Assembly: GCA_907165135.1 (NCBI GenBank)
Contig: OU015566.1
Span: forward strand, 7,812,001 to 7,876,000
DNA from: Oikopleura dioica
Taxonomy: Eukaryota; Animalia; Chordata
Direction of reading: 5' to 3'
DNA length: 64,000 nt
Shown: positions 35,101 through 49,347 of the stretch, in pieces
How the letters are laid out: every line of letters begins with the position of its first letter
How positions within the stretch are numbered: the first letter of the stretch is position 1
Made by a program: the position numbers and the translations under genes
The notes under the pieces: generated by a model
What the model saw: only the letters and a program-made list of their open reading frames with translations
What the model was told of the DNA's origin: nothing
Database searches by the model: none

Positions 35101-36568
35101 AAAACAACATGCTGAAGACAACTCACAACATGTAAAAATATATACAGTATATAATATACTGTATATTATAAAATATGCTGTAGGTCAAGTTAAGAAGATA
35201 ATCGCTAAGAAGGGATATATAAACTCGGTCCTGATGTGCCTCCTATATCCATGGCAGGTAAATTAGTTGCTTTCTTCACGTGGACTTTAAGGAGATTGGC
35301 ATCAAAGGAGTAATCTAAATTATCATACAGCTGTGTACTAAAACGTGCAAATTGAATTTCACGCTGCCTTCACATCAACATCTTGTGCGTTTTTATTCTT
35401 ACACAATCACAATAAATTATTGTTTATAATCCGATCAATCATAAGTATGATTCTCTTACCAAGGGAGAAAAAAAGCGTGCCTTCATAACGATACTTATTT
35501 ATTTCAACAAAGAATCTGTGTATTACTCTTTTATCGCTTCCTAGATTATTTTCTTCTTTTGACTTTTTACTCTCCATGTTTTCTCTTAATATTTTTTTCA
35601 CTGAAAATTGTTTATCACCGAATCGGTTTTTTTATAAGGTAGCGCCGACCGCCAGAAGATGTCGTCACTCACTACTCAGATTCACTCATCCTTTTTTGTA
35701 TTGACCACTTTTTCGCTGATTTGTATAATTTATCATTTAACTAATGCATATTGATATAGAACTTGAAAGGTGTTTATCATCATTTACTGAATAAAATCGA
35801 TATAAAAAATAGCTTCAGTTAAATATTGAAAATATAATACGGTATAATATCGACTCGATATTATCGAGAACATCAATTTGAGGTATTATATCAATATGAA
35901 GGTACTCACCATAGAATTAAAAATATATATGTGAATTTGAAAAGTTGAACAGCTGAGTCAACCGATATTTCAACCACTTTAAAATTGATATATTGGAAAA
36001 ACACGTAATAGTGTTTGCAGCTCGGTTAACCATATTTTAAGCCTCTTTGAACTCATATCGATTTATAATTTCGATGCTGAAAGTTTATTTGGTCTTCAAT
36101 CGACGATTAAAAAAGAATACTTGAATAATTGATGGTCATTTATTCTATTTGAATGGAGATAATGCTGATAACTTGAAGATACCATCAAAAATAGCTTATA
36201 AAAATGATATAAGAGTTCGTTTTTATTGCAGGCTTAACGTTTTCGGAACAGAAATTCCATCATCAGAGCCGGTTGCTTGAAAACTTGACGATCTTTTAGC
36301 AAAGGAGAAACTGACCTTTTCTTGTAGAAGAATGAACTGATCAATATTCCGAATAATAACTTGATCCCTAGCCACATTCTAGAGAAAATAATCTAACCCG
36401 AACTATTTTTATAATCTCAGAGGCTCCAATTGCCTTCAAAATGATATAAATATATTAATTTATCAACAGATAAATAGAAGAACAACGATTATTGGCACAT
36501 AGATTCTAACTCTTGAACAGCGTATTGAAGCTGGGTAGCAGTAAATCTTTAAACGTAGTTTCCTGGAG

Positions 36569-36829
36569 CTAAACGAATATTTCCGCGGTATATTTCCTTG
36601 CAGCCTTCGTTTTCTTCGTTGATCTCGATTTCCGGAAACTTATCAATAGCGCGGCAAAGGTCAGGAGTGCTACGAATGCTATAGCTGGAACGTCAAAGCT
36701 CAGGTCGAAATTTCTTTGCTCGCAGAGTCTCCCTGTATAAGATTTTTTGCATTTACAAGTCGGCACATTATCGTGAATAACAGTTCTTCCGCCGTTCAAG
36801 CAAGGTATTCTGTTTCGTCTTCGCACCAT
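36569..36829 (-). CDS. Tiny EGF-like plus TM protein, paralog A (86 aa)
   Basis: CLNGGRTV...CKCKKSYTGRLCE, then a hydrophobic helix, a basic tail and C-terminal EIFV. Confidence 0.75.
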   Translation of the reverse strand: MVRRRNRIPCLNGGRTVIHDNVPTCKCKKSYTGRLCEQRNFDLSFDVPAIAFVALLTFAALLISFRKSRSTKKTKAARKYTAEIFV

Positions 36830-37368
36830 TTTTCAATTTCTTTTCTGCTAATAATTCACCTTAGGTTGATTCTTATATTTAAAAATGATGGTGGCGTCCT
36901 TTCATCATAAAATAACGTAAGTATTTTTGCTCTCTAGCGTTAAAATTACTATTGTAAATGTGTAAATATATTTTGGAATGATTAATTTACAATACAGCTA
37001 GCTGCTTTTTTAATAACATGATGATGCCATCGCTCATCCAAGCTGCTCGAAAATTGGGACTAAACGAATTTATGGAAGTGCATTTTTAGATAACCAATAA
37101 GATTGCTGTATTTGGCCTACCGGCCAATCAAAACCCTGATCCATAAAATTACTTCCATAAATTGTTGTCCCGAAAATTGAGTTGTTTGTTTCAAGAGACA
37201 AAACTCATTATTGATAATATTATCGTTTTAATCGTCAAAATATAGGCATGCACAGATAAAGCAGAAATAATGTTTGAGAATGTCGAAGCATTTGAAGCAC
37301 GAATACTAGTAAAAGTAGCTTTGGCAGTTGCGAGCGGCACAAATAAAAGTGAAATCAAGGAAGAAAGG

Positions 37369-37671
37369 TTAGACGAAAATCTCACGGGTTTTTGATTCCG
37401 TTTTTTCTTGAAGTTTTTGATCGGCGTATTTTCTTCTCAAGGAGATTTTCGTGATTGATGATTTTGCAAGAAAAGCGCCACCAATAAGAAGAGCGGCTAG
37501 TGCGACTAACGCGATAAATGCAACTGGAGAGCTGTAACTTGCAAAGTCGAAGAATCGGGATTGACAGTGTCTTCCAGTGAAACCATCCAAGCACTTGCAT
37601 GTGGGCAAATCATCGTGAATTACTGTTATTCCGCCGTTGAAGCAAGTTAGTTGGTATCGTGATCTGACCAT
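37369..37671 (-). CDS. Tiny EGF-like plus TM protein, paralog B (100 aa)
   Basis: CFNGGITV...CKCLDGFTGRHCQ, TM helix, C-terminal EIFV; clearly homologous to paralog A. Confidence 0.75.
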   Translation of the reverse strand: MVRSRYQLTCFNGGITVIHDDLPTCKCLDGFTGRHCQSRFFDFASYSSPVAFIALVALAALLIGGAFLAKSSITKISLRRKYADQKLQEKTESKTREIFV

Positions 37672-37976
37672 TTTGTTTGTTTGATTTTTATGGACCAGCC
37701 AGCTCAACCGAGCTCATTTATATGACAAGGGGAAAACATGATTGAGTATGAACTTCCATGGCGCCACAGAGAAAAATATTACATATAGTAGTTAACGAGC
37801 TCTCTAGCGATAGACTTTTCTTTCCAAGAATTTCAAGAGCAAATTGATTACCATGATACAGTCAGCGATCAATCATCATTCATTAAAATGAACTAATTCG
37901 GCACTAGAAATCCCCGGGGGCGATTCAGCGTACCCTAAACATAAAGTAACTGGGGAAGAACAAATTCAGAAATAAA

Positions 37977-39432
37977 ATGTCAGAAAGAGGAAATTCCAGC
38001 TGGAAACAATATCTGCCCTTTGAAAATAATAAGCTAAATTATGCAGCGTTATTTTTCTGCTTGGCGATCTCTTCTCATAATGCATATAACTACCTTCATC
38101 CGGAAGTTGCAATAGAGCCATTTATGGACGCTTATTTCGTAAATTCCGCGATTAAAAAAGAGGAATTCGAAGAACTTGAGAAATATGTGTTAAAGCACGT
38201 ATCTGGAGAGGATTTTGCTGGAGTAAGGAAGAACTTCAAGCCGACAACAAATATTCTGGAGCATTCGAGAGACAAAGCGTACTGGGAAGGCCCTGTGAGA
38301 GAAACTGCTTGCCCAGTTCAAATCAGAAGGGTAGAAAAATAATTCTATTGAAGGGTTATTTCAAACTTTTTAGAGCCTGGAGCCACTAGAGCGAAGGGTA
38401 CCCGATGTAGTCGGCATTGGATTCGCTAAGTGTGGCACTGGAACACTTCAATTTCTCGATTGCCACCCCAGAGTAACGATGAGATCGACGGAGCCGAAAA
38501 TCTACAATTCGATAAATACTGAGATTATACTCAAAGAAATGGGTTACGCAGCAACAGAGCTTGACTACTTGAATTTTGAAGCTGTCAAGAAAGAATATCT
38601 CTCAAAATTGCCTCTCGTCGCAAAAGATGAGATATTGATCGAAAAATCGCCCATTTATACAGAGGATGATGGAAATGGACAGATCGAAGGTAATTTTTTT
38701 TTTCATTCTTATTTTCCAATAGCCTGTAATTTCAGCGAACGCAAAAGCAATGAAAAGAATCAATCCAAATACAAAAATCATCGCGATCGCCTGCGACCCG
38801 ATCAAAAGGGGTTACTCTATGTTTCAAATGGAAGGCAGAAGAACAAAAATACGACTCGCCGATCATCAAAATATCAAAAGGTGCAAGGCTTGTCTCCACG
38901 GAACGGTGAATGAAACAATACAGGAATACACCGAGACCATTAGCAAAGAGCAGTATGGACCAGGGACGGGGTTTGAAGAATATGTCTTAGGTTTACGACC
39001 TTTTGTCGACGAATTCGGGTAAGAGAAAAATTCTCTGAAAGCTTCCAATTCAAAATTTTAAGAGCGGAAAACGTCCTCCTCCTCGACGGGGAAAACTTGA
39101 TCGCGAACCCGAACGAAGAGTGGAGCCGGCTGCTTGAATTCCTCGGCTTGGAAAAAGACTCACTGAAATTCTACCACGACAAAGAAAAGGGATTTCCATG
39201 TCTCGAATCTCCGCTAAAATACTGTCTCAATGGCGCTAAAGGGATTTCACGAAAAGAAGATGTCAGACAACTATATCCAAAAGAAACAGAAATCTGGCGG
39301 AAGGCTTTTTCACCCAAGATCAAAGAGTTGATTTCGTATATGAAGATTTGCGACAAAATTGACAGAAAGTGCTGTAGAAAATTGAAGAAAGAAGCGACAT
39401 CATTTTCTTGGGCTTATGAATATGCTTGTTGA
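37977..39432 (+). CDS. HS3ST: Heparan sulfate 3-O-sulfotransferase-like type II membrane protein
   Basis: N-terminal TM anchor; 5'-PSB-like PDVVGIGFAKCGTGTL..LDCHP; 3'-PB-like IIAIACDPIKRGYS; LLLDGENLI..P; KGFPC...CL...KG. Confidence 0.8.
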
Positions 39433-40329
39433 ACAGTCATCTCTGTTATTAATCTGTTTATTTCTAAACCAATAAAACTATTAATAGGATCATATTCATA
39501 AATCATTCATAAAAATAAAAATTTTCAAATGCGATAATCATATTTGAAATATGGAATTTAAATTTAATTAATCATTGCTAAAATAGTATTTCTATGACTA
39601 AAAATGTGAAAAAAAGGGCAAAAAAGGGAAAATCAATCACTCAATTACTATAAAAGCCACGCATTTGGCATATCATTTCTCGCATTCTAAAAAAAAATTA
39701 AAAGAAAAAATTACCCCGAGAGAAAAACATGGTCTATAATTTCTAAAATATGCGATTTCGGACTCGTCTAAGAAACATATTATCCTGCATTATATTTTGT
39801 AAGTAGTACTCGCTGATTCTATAATGATGGCTTTTTGAAGGACAAAAAGCGGATTCGGATACTTACAACTTATCCTTTTTTGTAATTTACCTTCGGAAGA
39901 AAATTAAATTGGCTTCCCTCCCATTGCTATTTTACGATCAGTAAAAGAAAATGCCATAATCAAATGTAATTTTCCCTTTCCCTTGAATTATGAATCGACT
40001 CAATGCTGTATAAAATGGCGATAGGTGCTCTAATGATCTCAAAACATGTTGAAACCAACTTGTGCGAGTTCGGACTACCCGGGTAGCTTATGAGTAAATG
40101 AATAAAAGATCATGAGAATCTAACACCAAATCCTCCTATTTTATGACGAGAATCTTCGCGATAACGCTTTTGTTTTCACGGAAACTCGTGGACCCTGAGT
40201 CATCTCCAAAACAAACGTAATTACGTTTTCCCTTTCACGCTTATAAAGAAACCGAAAAATGAATTCCTTAGACCTAATCATAGCTCAAGACAAAAAGGAG
40301 CAAAACTTGAAAACCATTTTCAGAAGAAA

Positions 40330-40724
40330 ATGACGAGCCCAAAAGAGAGACTTGAATTCGCCGACACACTTCGCCAAAATGTCGACCATTGCAACTACGC
40401 GAGTCGGACTGCAGCTCCGGCTAAAGAGCGGCCTAGGATCAACGATCCTCTTATAACCGTTCGACCACAACCGACAAGAAAGGACTTCCAATATTTCATG
40501 GGGGTTATGTTGAAACGATCGAGTGCCAAGCCGCCAACTTAAAAATCATCGGCAACCTGCTCAAACAGGAGAATTACTACTCAGAACACGACCAGCGGCG
40601 ACAGGAACAAGTGAACATCGTGCAGAACATGTTCGATGGCTTTCGCTACAGCGGACCGCTTCAGAAAAATATTACAAGCCTGCGAATTCCACTCAACGAC
40701 AATGTTCATGAACTTCAAAGCTGA
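40330..40724 (+). CDS. Possible small two-exon orphan protein
   Basis: Two adjacent coding-like frames (MTSPKERLEFADTLRQ.. and KIIGNLLKQENYYSE..ELQS*); junction not resolved. Confidence 0.3.
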
Positions 40725-41435
40725 TGTCGGGCCGATGTTAACTTCTTCAAGGAAGGAAAATAATCGAGCTTGAACATTTTCATTCCAACCATTATATATT
40801 TTTTAATCTGTGCGATTCTGTATCCTTTTTCTGCTGCCTATTTTACGTGTTATTACTTGCTTCTATTTTTTTATTTTCAACGGAAATTCGATGTCAATAA
40901 ATTCAAAATCATCCTTGCTGTCTTCAAATTGCTCATTCAATCGACTAAAGCTTTAATATATAAATTCTTATACAATTCGGACGGAAATTGATGTCTGGTT
41001 CCAGATCTAACCTTTAGAATCAGGAAGGAAAGGTAGAAACTAGCTGAGCCACGCCCAACGGAAGTGCCTCTCAGAGAGTCTCAGCCTTGATTTTCCGTTC
41101 AAACGAGATTCTTCAAAGTAGTAGAGGCTGTACCTTCTGCCAGCTGTGACACTACTCCTTCCACCAAATTTAGATGTTTCAACATAGTGCTCGTTTCGTG
41201 TATATTGCGATATTGATAGAAAAATTAGATTTTTCCGGAAAATACTTACTAAATAAGGTAAGAAATAATTTTCACGAACTAATTTATAGAACAAGTTTTC
41301 ATAAAAATACCTAGACATCTTCATAAAGGTATGAACTATGAAAAAAAAACAAAAAGAACACTTTATTTAGTGAAGATTGAAAGCTGAATTTATTCGCGAT
41401 ATATGTTACAAATGAAAATATAAGCACTCAAGATT

Positions 41436-42340
41436 CTACAAGTCCGATTTTTTCGACATGGTCAATCTTCTCAGAATTCCGGATCGTCGACGCTTGGGCG
41501 AGGGGATCGCCTCTTCCCAGATGACGATGTCGTCGTCGATTTTGACTTCGATCGATCGTCGTTTGGAGGCAGATCGTGTGATGGGTTTTCGGAAGATTGA
41601 GCCGAAGAGCGACTTGCGCTTTCGCTTCGGAAGCTTGAATTCGGATGCGGCGGATTGGATGGAGGTAGTGGACGTGTTTAGGATATCGCTTTCTGAAAAG
41701 GAGCTTTAGTAAGGGTCTCTCAATAACTGATGAAATTAAGGCTAAAAGTTCATCCCTATAAAAGTTTGTCTTATTCAATTAAGCAGGGAGTTTCCAAAGG
41801 ATTTATGGCCCCGCAATAAATCTGGTCCTCCTTCCAACTCGCTATAAAACATAAGGGTCTAAAAGTTCGAGCCCCATAAACGACGATAGATGAAAGAAAC
41901 GGTCAATTTTTATCGTCCCTTGCTTATCTTTCATGGCTCTGCCCATGAGTACCCACGCCGCGATATTTTTAAATACAGTGCTTATGCGCCATTTATGTTG
42001 ATGGCTATCGGCCACTCCAATTGAAGTAGCTCCCACGTGCTTATCCGGGAGAACCAGCAACATCCTTATCGCCTCTCCCTTGCTTTCCTTTTTTTGCAAT
42101 TGATGCATATCTCGAAAGAGAAAAAAGGTATTTCTTACCGTTGAGATCGGCCAAGTTGGAGCAGGAAGCGTATCTGGCGCTCTTTGGAGTCAAGAGCGAT
42201 CGCTTTGATGCGAAACTCCGGCGCTTCGGAGTGACTGTAGTGGTTGGAAGGGAGTCTACAGATTCAAGAGCATCTTCGGGAATGGCACATGTGATGACTT
42301 CTTCGCGAATGGGCGAGATGCACGAGATGGAGTCGTTCAT
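41436..42340 (-). CDS. Two-exon Ser/basic disordered protein (~150 aa) with NLS-like motifs
   Basis: Exon 42340-42139 (GTAAG donor, phase 1) joins the acceptor at 41692 in frame: ..NLADLN|ESDILNTS..KRKRKSLFGSIF..SPKRRRS..SKKSDL*. Confidence 0.55.
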
Positions 42341-45300
42341 ATTTGCTGAAAGGCAGACTTAGAATAAGTTACTTATTTTTCCCTTTTTTCGATCATGAGT
42401 GCCTTATATTTACTTTTGGTTTATTTACGACTCCGATAGTATTTGCGGATTAGGATTAGCTAATTTGCAGGTCACAAGACGCGCCGGGAGGCATTGTCCT
42501 TAATTTTTCCTTTCTCTAAATTAGGCTGACCTAATTAAGGGTATCCTGGTGGAGGGGAAAATCGATTGCCCCATGAATCGCTTATTGCAATTTTCCGTGA
42601 GCTGGAATCAATCAGGCTTTATTTTTTGAAAGAATCAGGCTGATTTCCCCGTGTCCAGCGCGTGAAATTTATTTCCCTAATTTCTTGGCATCAAAAAAAA
42701 GCTCGAAGTTAGATTCTAGAGCGGCTAATTAGATCAAACACCCGTGGCCCGTCTGTTATGCAAATTTGCTTCAAGGGCTAAATTTTACATAAAAAACCTT
42801 TTTAGGCGGCCTTCTTTTGAAGGTGAATATTTGATTTTGGAGAAACCCACAACAAGGAAAAAAAATTGAGAATGAAGTAATAAACAATTCTCAAATGTCA
42901 AATCAGTTGTGTACTTCCGGTGGTAAAAATCTAAATCAATTATGACGCGAATTTGTTGGTCTAGCTGTCAAAAAGCAGAAGAGTATTAGATAATTAAGAT
43001 AATTTGCATTGACGGGGTGATATTTTGGCAAAAAATCATCTTCCTGATAGCAAAAATGGAAAATTTTCGTAACAGGAAAATCGTCATCAAAATTCCCAAA
43101 AAAGACAAAATACTCAAAGACAGTCAGAATCTAATAAAAGCAACACCTGACGAGAATAAATTTCGTCTACTTTCGTCAACAAATTAGCTGAAATCAAGGA
43201 TGAGTATCGACTTTTCCAAAATTGGAAAGATTCGCGCGAAAACAAGCTCCGTCAAATTTACTTCCGCTTTACTGGCTCCGTAATCGGATGCGCATTTTGT
43301 AAATCTCGTCGGATTACTTTGTCACGGGCGGCCGGGTCGCGGCTCTTTCGTCCTTGGAGGATCTTCGTCTCAAGTTTGAGGCTCGTGTGAAATTTCGCCC
43401 TTATCTCCTTGAAGATTTAGGCCCCATTATCTGGCTCCCGCTACTTGACTTCATGAGCCCTTGATCTTGTGTAATGGCCGGTCATGGGAGAATTGGGGTG
43501 TAAAAATGAGGTTCTAGGGCGAGACAAACATTAGGTCGAGAAAAATAGATAATGACCTGATTTTGAAAGCTTCAAAGCTTCAAGATTTAATTCTATGGAA
43601 GTGAGCCAAAAAGCGAAACTCAGAATTTAATTGATCGATTAATTATGATTTAACTGGCTTTAAATAGTTAGTAAACGACCGTAAATAGTTCAACAAACGA
43701 AATTTTTAACTATTTTTCTACATAATAAATCTTGAAGTGAACATAAAAATTTACTCTTATTTAACTTTCCCAAAATTGATTCTTTCCCTGTTCAATCATT
43801 ATTTTTTTATTTGTACCTGATGCTGAGGTTCTCTGGTGCTTTCGATAATCTGCAGGTTGTCAACAAGTCAAGTTTTTCGATGTAATTTTTACTCGAAATT
43901 TAGCTCTGTAATGAATTCTGCGTTGGCCAGCTCCCCGCCAATCTATGAATTTTGAATGAGGGCGCGGCGGGTGGCGCTCCGGAGTCGCCGCTCCTGAGCT
44001 CGGCACGCGCGCGCGAGGTTTGAAAAATAAGGAATTTGCTCAAGGTGAGGCGACCTGCCGGTGCATTAGCATCATGGGTGGTGCCCTGCCAGGCTCAAAT
44101 AGATTCTTTATCAATCCTCCTTTCATATTGATATGCGAAAACGACGCGTCGCGATGACTTTCACACGGCCGGGTTCTCAGTTGACAAATGACGCCCGTAT
44201 GCATATTATTAGCGACATGCAAAAACAGACCGAAAACATGCATGAACAAAATGCTCTTGAAATTTTAGAATTGAAAACTGGACGAAAGAAATCAAGGCTT
44301 GACGATTTGGGTGGGAGTAATTTACACTCTCGAGCTGCTGTTGACGGATCCTTCAATCTGGACAATAGGCTGAAGTGAAATGGCCCTTTAGGCCTCATTG
44401 AGTCCTCATAATGTCAATCGAGTACGTATAGCTCCTGCTTCTCAGCTTGTTACTCGTTTTTGAGATTCAAAAAACGCGCTCTGTACAAATAGAATAGGGC
44501 CTTTGTGTGACAAAAAATGCTGATTGTACTTTTCGTAAAATGCAGCTCCAGCAGCATCAACTTCTTGTTAAAACTAAATTGACCTCAAAAATGACCAATT
44601 GATCGTTTGAAAGTCCGAAGTTGTTTCTCACGCTACCGGAAGGACTCTTGAGACACTCAGAGGCCGCGTTTGATGCGGTGGCGGAATATGTTGTTTTGGG
44701 ACTGGCCGCTATTTTTTGATATCGCCCGATAAGCAAGCAGAAAGTTCAGAAGCTCGGGTCAGGCTACACATTCCCAGCCTTTCCGGGATGCCAGGAGCAA
44801 AACTTGTTAGTAAGAACTGCCCATATTGAAGCACTGCTCCGGATGTTTCGAGCAAAACGGCTGTCAAGAATATGAATCTACTAATCACTTTTCGAGCACT
44901 GGAAAATTTTCATGAAGTGGAGACGTTCAAAACTTCCCCTTTCCCAAATTTTTGAACCTAAAACAACGCTGGTGTCTATCATTTCCTCCTGGATGCACTT
45001 CCGGTCCATATCACATTTTACCGTGGGTACTATACATCCTTAGTCCCGTGAAATAGACCGTGAAAAATGCATCGGCTCAGCAGGAGTTTCCATCCTGAAA
45101 ATGCATATTCTCGATAATCCTCCCCAAAATTGAGGTTCATATTGGAATTCAATTTGGCCCTGTCGCAGCGTGGGACAATGACATGTGACAATTGTTTGGC
45201 TAAAAATAGAAATATTCCAGATTATACAGATTATGCAGCTTGTTGGAGCATGACCCCGTTGGTGCTAATTTTAGAACCAAGGTTACGAACTTAGCGAGGG

Positions 45301-48300
45301 AAGAATCGAGGGGGTCAACGGAGGATCGACGGTAAGAGCCGAGATTAGTGAGGAAACTCGGGGGATGGATCAGAAAATGACGGGCATCCGGATTCACGCG
45401 TACGATGCACTCTTTGAAAGACCACAAAGATGCTTTTCTCCTGGCAAATTTAAGTTTTTCTTGTTCGTCCAGTACGAGTTTGAAATTTATAATTTGTTAT
45501 CAATGATAACTTATCATCCTGACCAACACTGACTTGAGAACTTCCTCAAGAACAGACTGAACTCATCATTTTTCAAATCGGCAAAATCAAATTGATGCAG
45601 CATTAATTATCGAACCGATAATAGACGAGATAGGTCCCTTATCGTGCCATCCTTGTAATTCAGGGTCCCCTCCCAGTACTTAGGTTGAAATTAAGGACTC
45701 GAGGAACAGCTGTATCTGAATTTTACAAGCTACCGCTCTCACAAATTCGCGAAAAACTTATCCACTGAATGGGTCTTTCAATAAAGTGGATAAGATATCG
45801 TCGAAAACGTTATTCGGGATAGCTTCCCTTCATGACTTTGAGAGCAATTTCAAAGCGTATCTGTGCCCTTGTAATCCGTAGTAAAAGGAAATTCTAGAGC
45901 TGTTTATAAACTGACCTTGTTCTCGCGGTCGGCGACATGGATCTGGAAGCGATTACAGCCTCTGAAGTCGGGGTACCGTTATCAATGCCGCGCATCAGCT
46001 TTCATTGCGAGCGGGCTAATGAGTCCGGAACATTCGGATTACCTTGAATCGGCGCCAAAAAGAGGAACAAAAAGGGGGCCTTTTTGACCTCAGATGAACG
46101 ACCGATTGGGAAGGCATATAAGTTCATCTGATGAACTTTTTTTCTAGTGCTGTCTGGCAGACAAAATCACAGTTTATGAGACAAACAAAATTAAGGCTTG
46201 GATAGAATGTTTTATATACAGAATTAGCTGCCTTCTCGCCAGTGTTTTCTCTATAAGTAAACACTGACCGAAAACTGGTGCTAACAAAATTTCGGCGACT
46301 TCAAACGAGTTTGAAAGATGTCAAGCAAAATGGTATACAAACGTTGCGCCTCTTATATCTTCTCGGTCAAGGGTGGAAGTGCGTGTGGGAATGTGGCTGT
46401 TATTTTCCCGGGTGTCTTTTTATATTGATATAACCTGGCATTTACGATTTTTGTACCCTATCTCCTCCGCCTTGCTTTCTTACAAAACTGTTTTGGGGAC
46501 AACTTCCGGCCAAGTGGCTTCCTTAAAACTTGTTTCAAATGCTTCATTTTTCCCGGAAGTGGTTGACCTAAGTATTTTTGAAAAATATTGTTTGCCAAAA
46601 ATTTTTAAATTGGAAGCGAGGGTATAATTTTGGGCAAGAGGGGAAGGAGGAAATTATAAATAGATATCGAATGCGCTTGGCGACATTTTTGGGGGCAATT
46701 TTCAGAGGCAAGAATTCGAGAAAAATTATACAGGCTTCGTTTGGCATGAAAATTTTAGGCACCAAAGCTCGATAAAACACTCGATTACGAGCTGAGCTGA
46801 GCACACACTTTCGTTTTTTTGCTCCCCAAATAAAAAGCTGTCACGCGCGCAACCTTACGAGCTACGGAAAATTTAAGGAGCGTAGGGCAAATAGTAAAGG
46901 GCTAACGACAGTCGTTTATGGGTTTTCTTCCGCAATATTTACCGGTAGTCAAGATGGGCGTTTATGGATTACTCTGGTGGGAGGAAAACAGGATCAGAGG
47001 AGCCGCTTTTTAGAAAAGCGTCGAAGATAGATGATGATGGATAAACAACGAAATTATCGGATTTTCGAAAAAGAATGATTTGCAAAAGGGCAAGTATCTT
47101 TGCGTTTTCTTTTAGAAATAATTTTGTTGTCAGTTAAATTCCAAGTCCTCATTTTATGAATAATTTCGACACTCGCAGATTTCCCTGGCGAAGGTCCAAA
47201 CAAAATTTGTTATCAAAAAAAATTTTTCTGGCTCATTGCTATCGCCCTATTGCTCATTCTAAATTGTATTCTACGACACTTATCAGTACTTCGGCAAACC
47301 ACTTCGCAATTATCCTTATCAATGTTTTATAGACCTTCGAGCACGGGCGTATTTACAAGGTTGACCTTTTTCGACGCAGATGTTAGTAAATATTGGGTCT
47401 TGCTTGGCCATGTCTGACATTTTCGCGATGGGACTCTCCCATGTAACAGAGGCTCATGTCGGATTTTCTGATGAATTGACCCTTTTCCGCGCTTTCGATG
47501 AGATAAAGGCCCTGATCAAGTGGCTAGGACTCAAATGGTTCCAGTAAGTTTCGAGCAAGGAGTGAGTTTTTCAGATGCGTAGAAAGAGTGATCCAGTTTC
47601 TGCCTCGTAAAGTCACTGATCATTGATCAGTGATCAAAGGTATTGCAAGGGGGTAATGATGCACCCTCCGCGGATTTAATTTCTTTGGCTGACCTTTCAA
47701 GTGCTGTCCAAGATGTTAGCTAATTTACGCGAAAATTGGCCCTTGAAGATGAGCCGGAGCGTTTCAGTGAGCGGATTTCGTCTAGGACTTCTTAGTTCTC
47801 TAAATCCGCTATTTATTCTTGGCGAGGCTTTATCGGATAATCAAAATAAACTATTCGGCGAGATATGAGGGATTAAGAAATTGGCTAATTATCGCTAACA
47901 AAATTATACATCCACAAAAAGATTTTCCCATTGCGGATTCTAGTGTCGATTATGGTCTTATCGTAAACCCGAAGATCTAATCCCACACGAGTTTGTATAC
48001 TTTAGGCGTGGCTCTCAAGCTGCCCCTACACCCCAGGAGATTCCCCCCAAACACAGCAAGAGCTCAAGAATCGAAATCTTTGTTGATTTTGGCAAGTGCT
48101 TCACCGGTTGTAGGAAATCAGCGAGTGTTGCTGTTGTTTGGTATGGATGCACGTGCGTGAATAATTTACACCCAAACACCTTGCTGATTTATAAATATTG
48201 AATAATTCGCCGCTTGTGGCGGAAATCCGAATTAATATCGACTTGTGGAAAGCCCGGCGTGAGCTCTTGCGGGATTTTTTCTCCTAGCTCACTCACATTA

Positions 48301-48633
48301 CTTTTCATACTAACTTCCCTTCTTGCTGTGACGATAAGCCTGTGTTTTCCACACAATAAACCATTTCAAATCCTTCCTTCGACAAAAGGAAACGAGCCTG
48401 AAAACTTTGGCAACTCTCTATCGCAAAAAGAAGGAACTGATTATCCCCAATCACCTGGCCGCCGCTTTGATCGTTCTTCCCTTCCGACCTTTATGATGCC
48501 ATAACACCACTAAATACCCCCGCTCCAGTGATTTTTTCAAGCCATTATGCTTATTGTTCCATCCCACCTGCTGATGATAGAATGGCAATACACAGAACTT
48601 GTCCAAAATCGAAGATATATTTTCCCACATGCC

Positions 48634-49347
48634 TAGGTGTAATGGTAGAAAAATGGACCACATGATCGCCTTTTTAAAACTTCAATTATGATGCAGATTT
48701 AGAATCGCTAGGTCGTGGCGATCATTTTGATACCAAGATCATCGGAATCGGACTAAATTTTCGACCGAGAATGACCATCTGAAGTCCCAAAATGAGCGCT
48801 AGAAATTTTCGAGCGCCCGGAAAGGATGAATACTCCATCCAGTCATTTAACCCATAGTCTCACTTTGTAGAGCAGGTTTTATTCTCCCAGAATCACTTCA
48901 CAGAAGTTGTGAACAGAGAGTCTAGTACGGACGAGCGCCGAAAGAAGCCGAAAAATGGGGAAAATCAATGCCAAATTTGGTTTCCGAGAACTCGCACTAA
49001 CGATTTCGCCTTGATTTTGCACGTTTTTGGGGGCATCTTTCGGCGCTGGTCCTTACTAGAATCCCTGTTCACAATTTCTGTGAAGTGATTCTGGGAGAAT
49101 AAAACCTGCTCTACAAAGTGAGACTATAGCTTAAATGACTGGATGGAGTATTCATCCTTTCCGGGCGCTCGAAAATTTCTAGCGCTCATTTTGGGACTTC
49201 AGATGGTCATTCTCGGTCGAAAATCTAGTCCGATTCCGATGATTTTGGTATCAAAATGATCGCCACGACCTAGCGATTCTAAATCTGCATCATAATTGAA
49301 GTTTTAAAAAGGCGATCATGTGGTCCATTTTTCTACCATTACACCTA
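48634..49347. mobile_element. Fold-back hAT-type MITE (714 bp) with ~315-bp near-perfect arms
   Basis: Termini TAGGTGTAATGG / CCATTACACCTA; 8-bp TSD CACATGCC at 48626-48633 and 49348-49355; ~80-bp spacer. Confidence 0.93.

Noticed and set aside
35140-35166. Perfect 13-bp-arm palindrome ATATACAGTATAT-A-ATATACTGTATAT
   Set aside because: Very AT-rich, low complexity and intronic; no TSD or supporting context.
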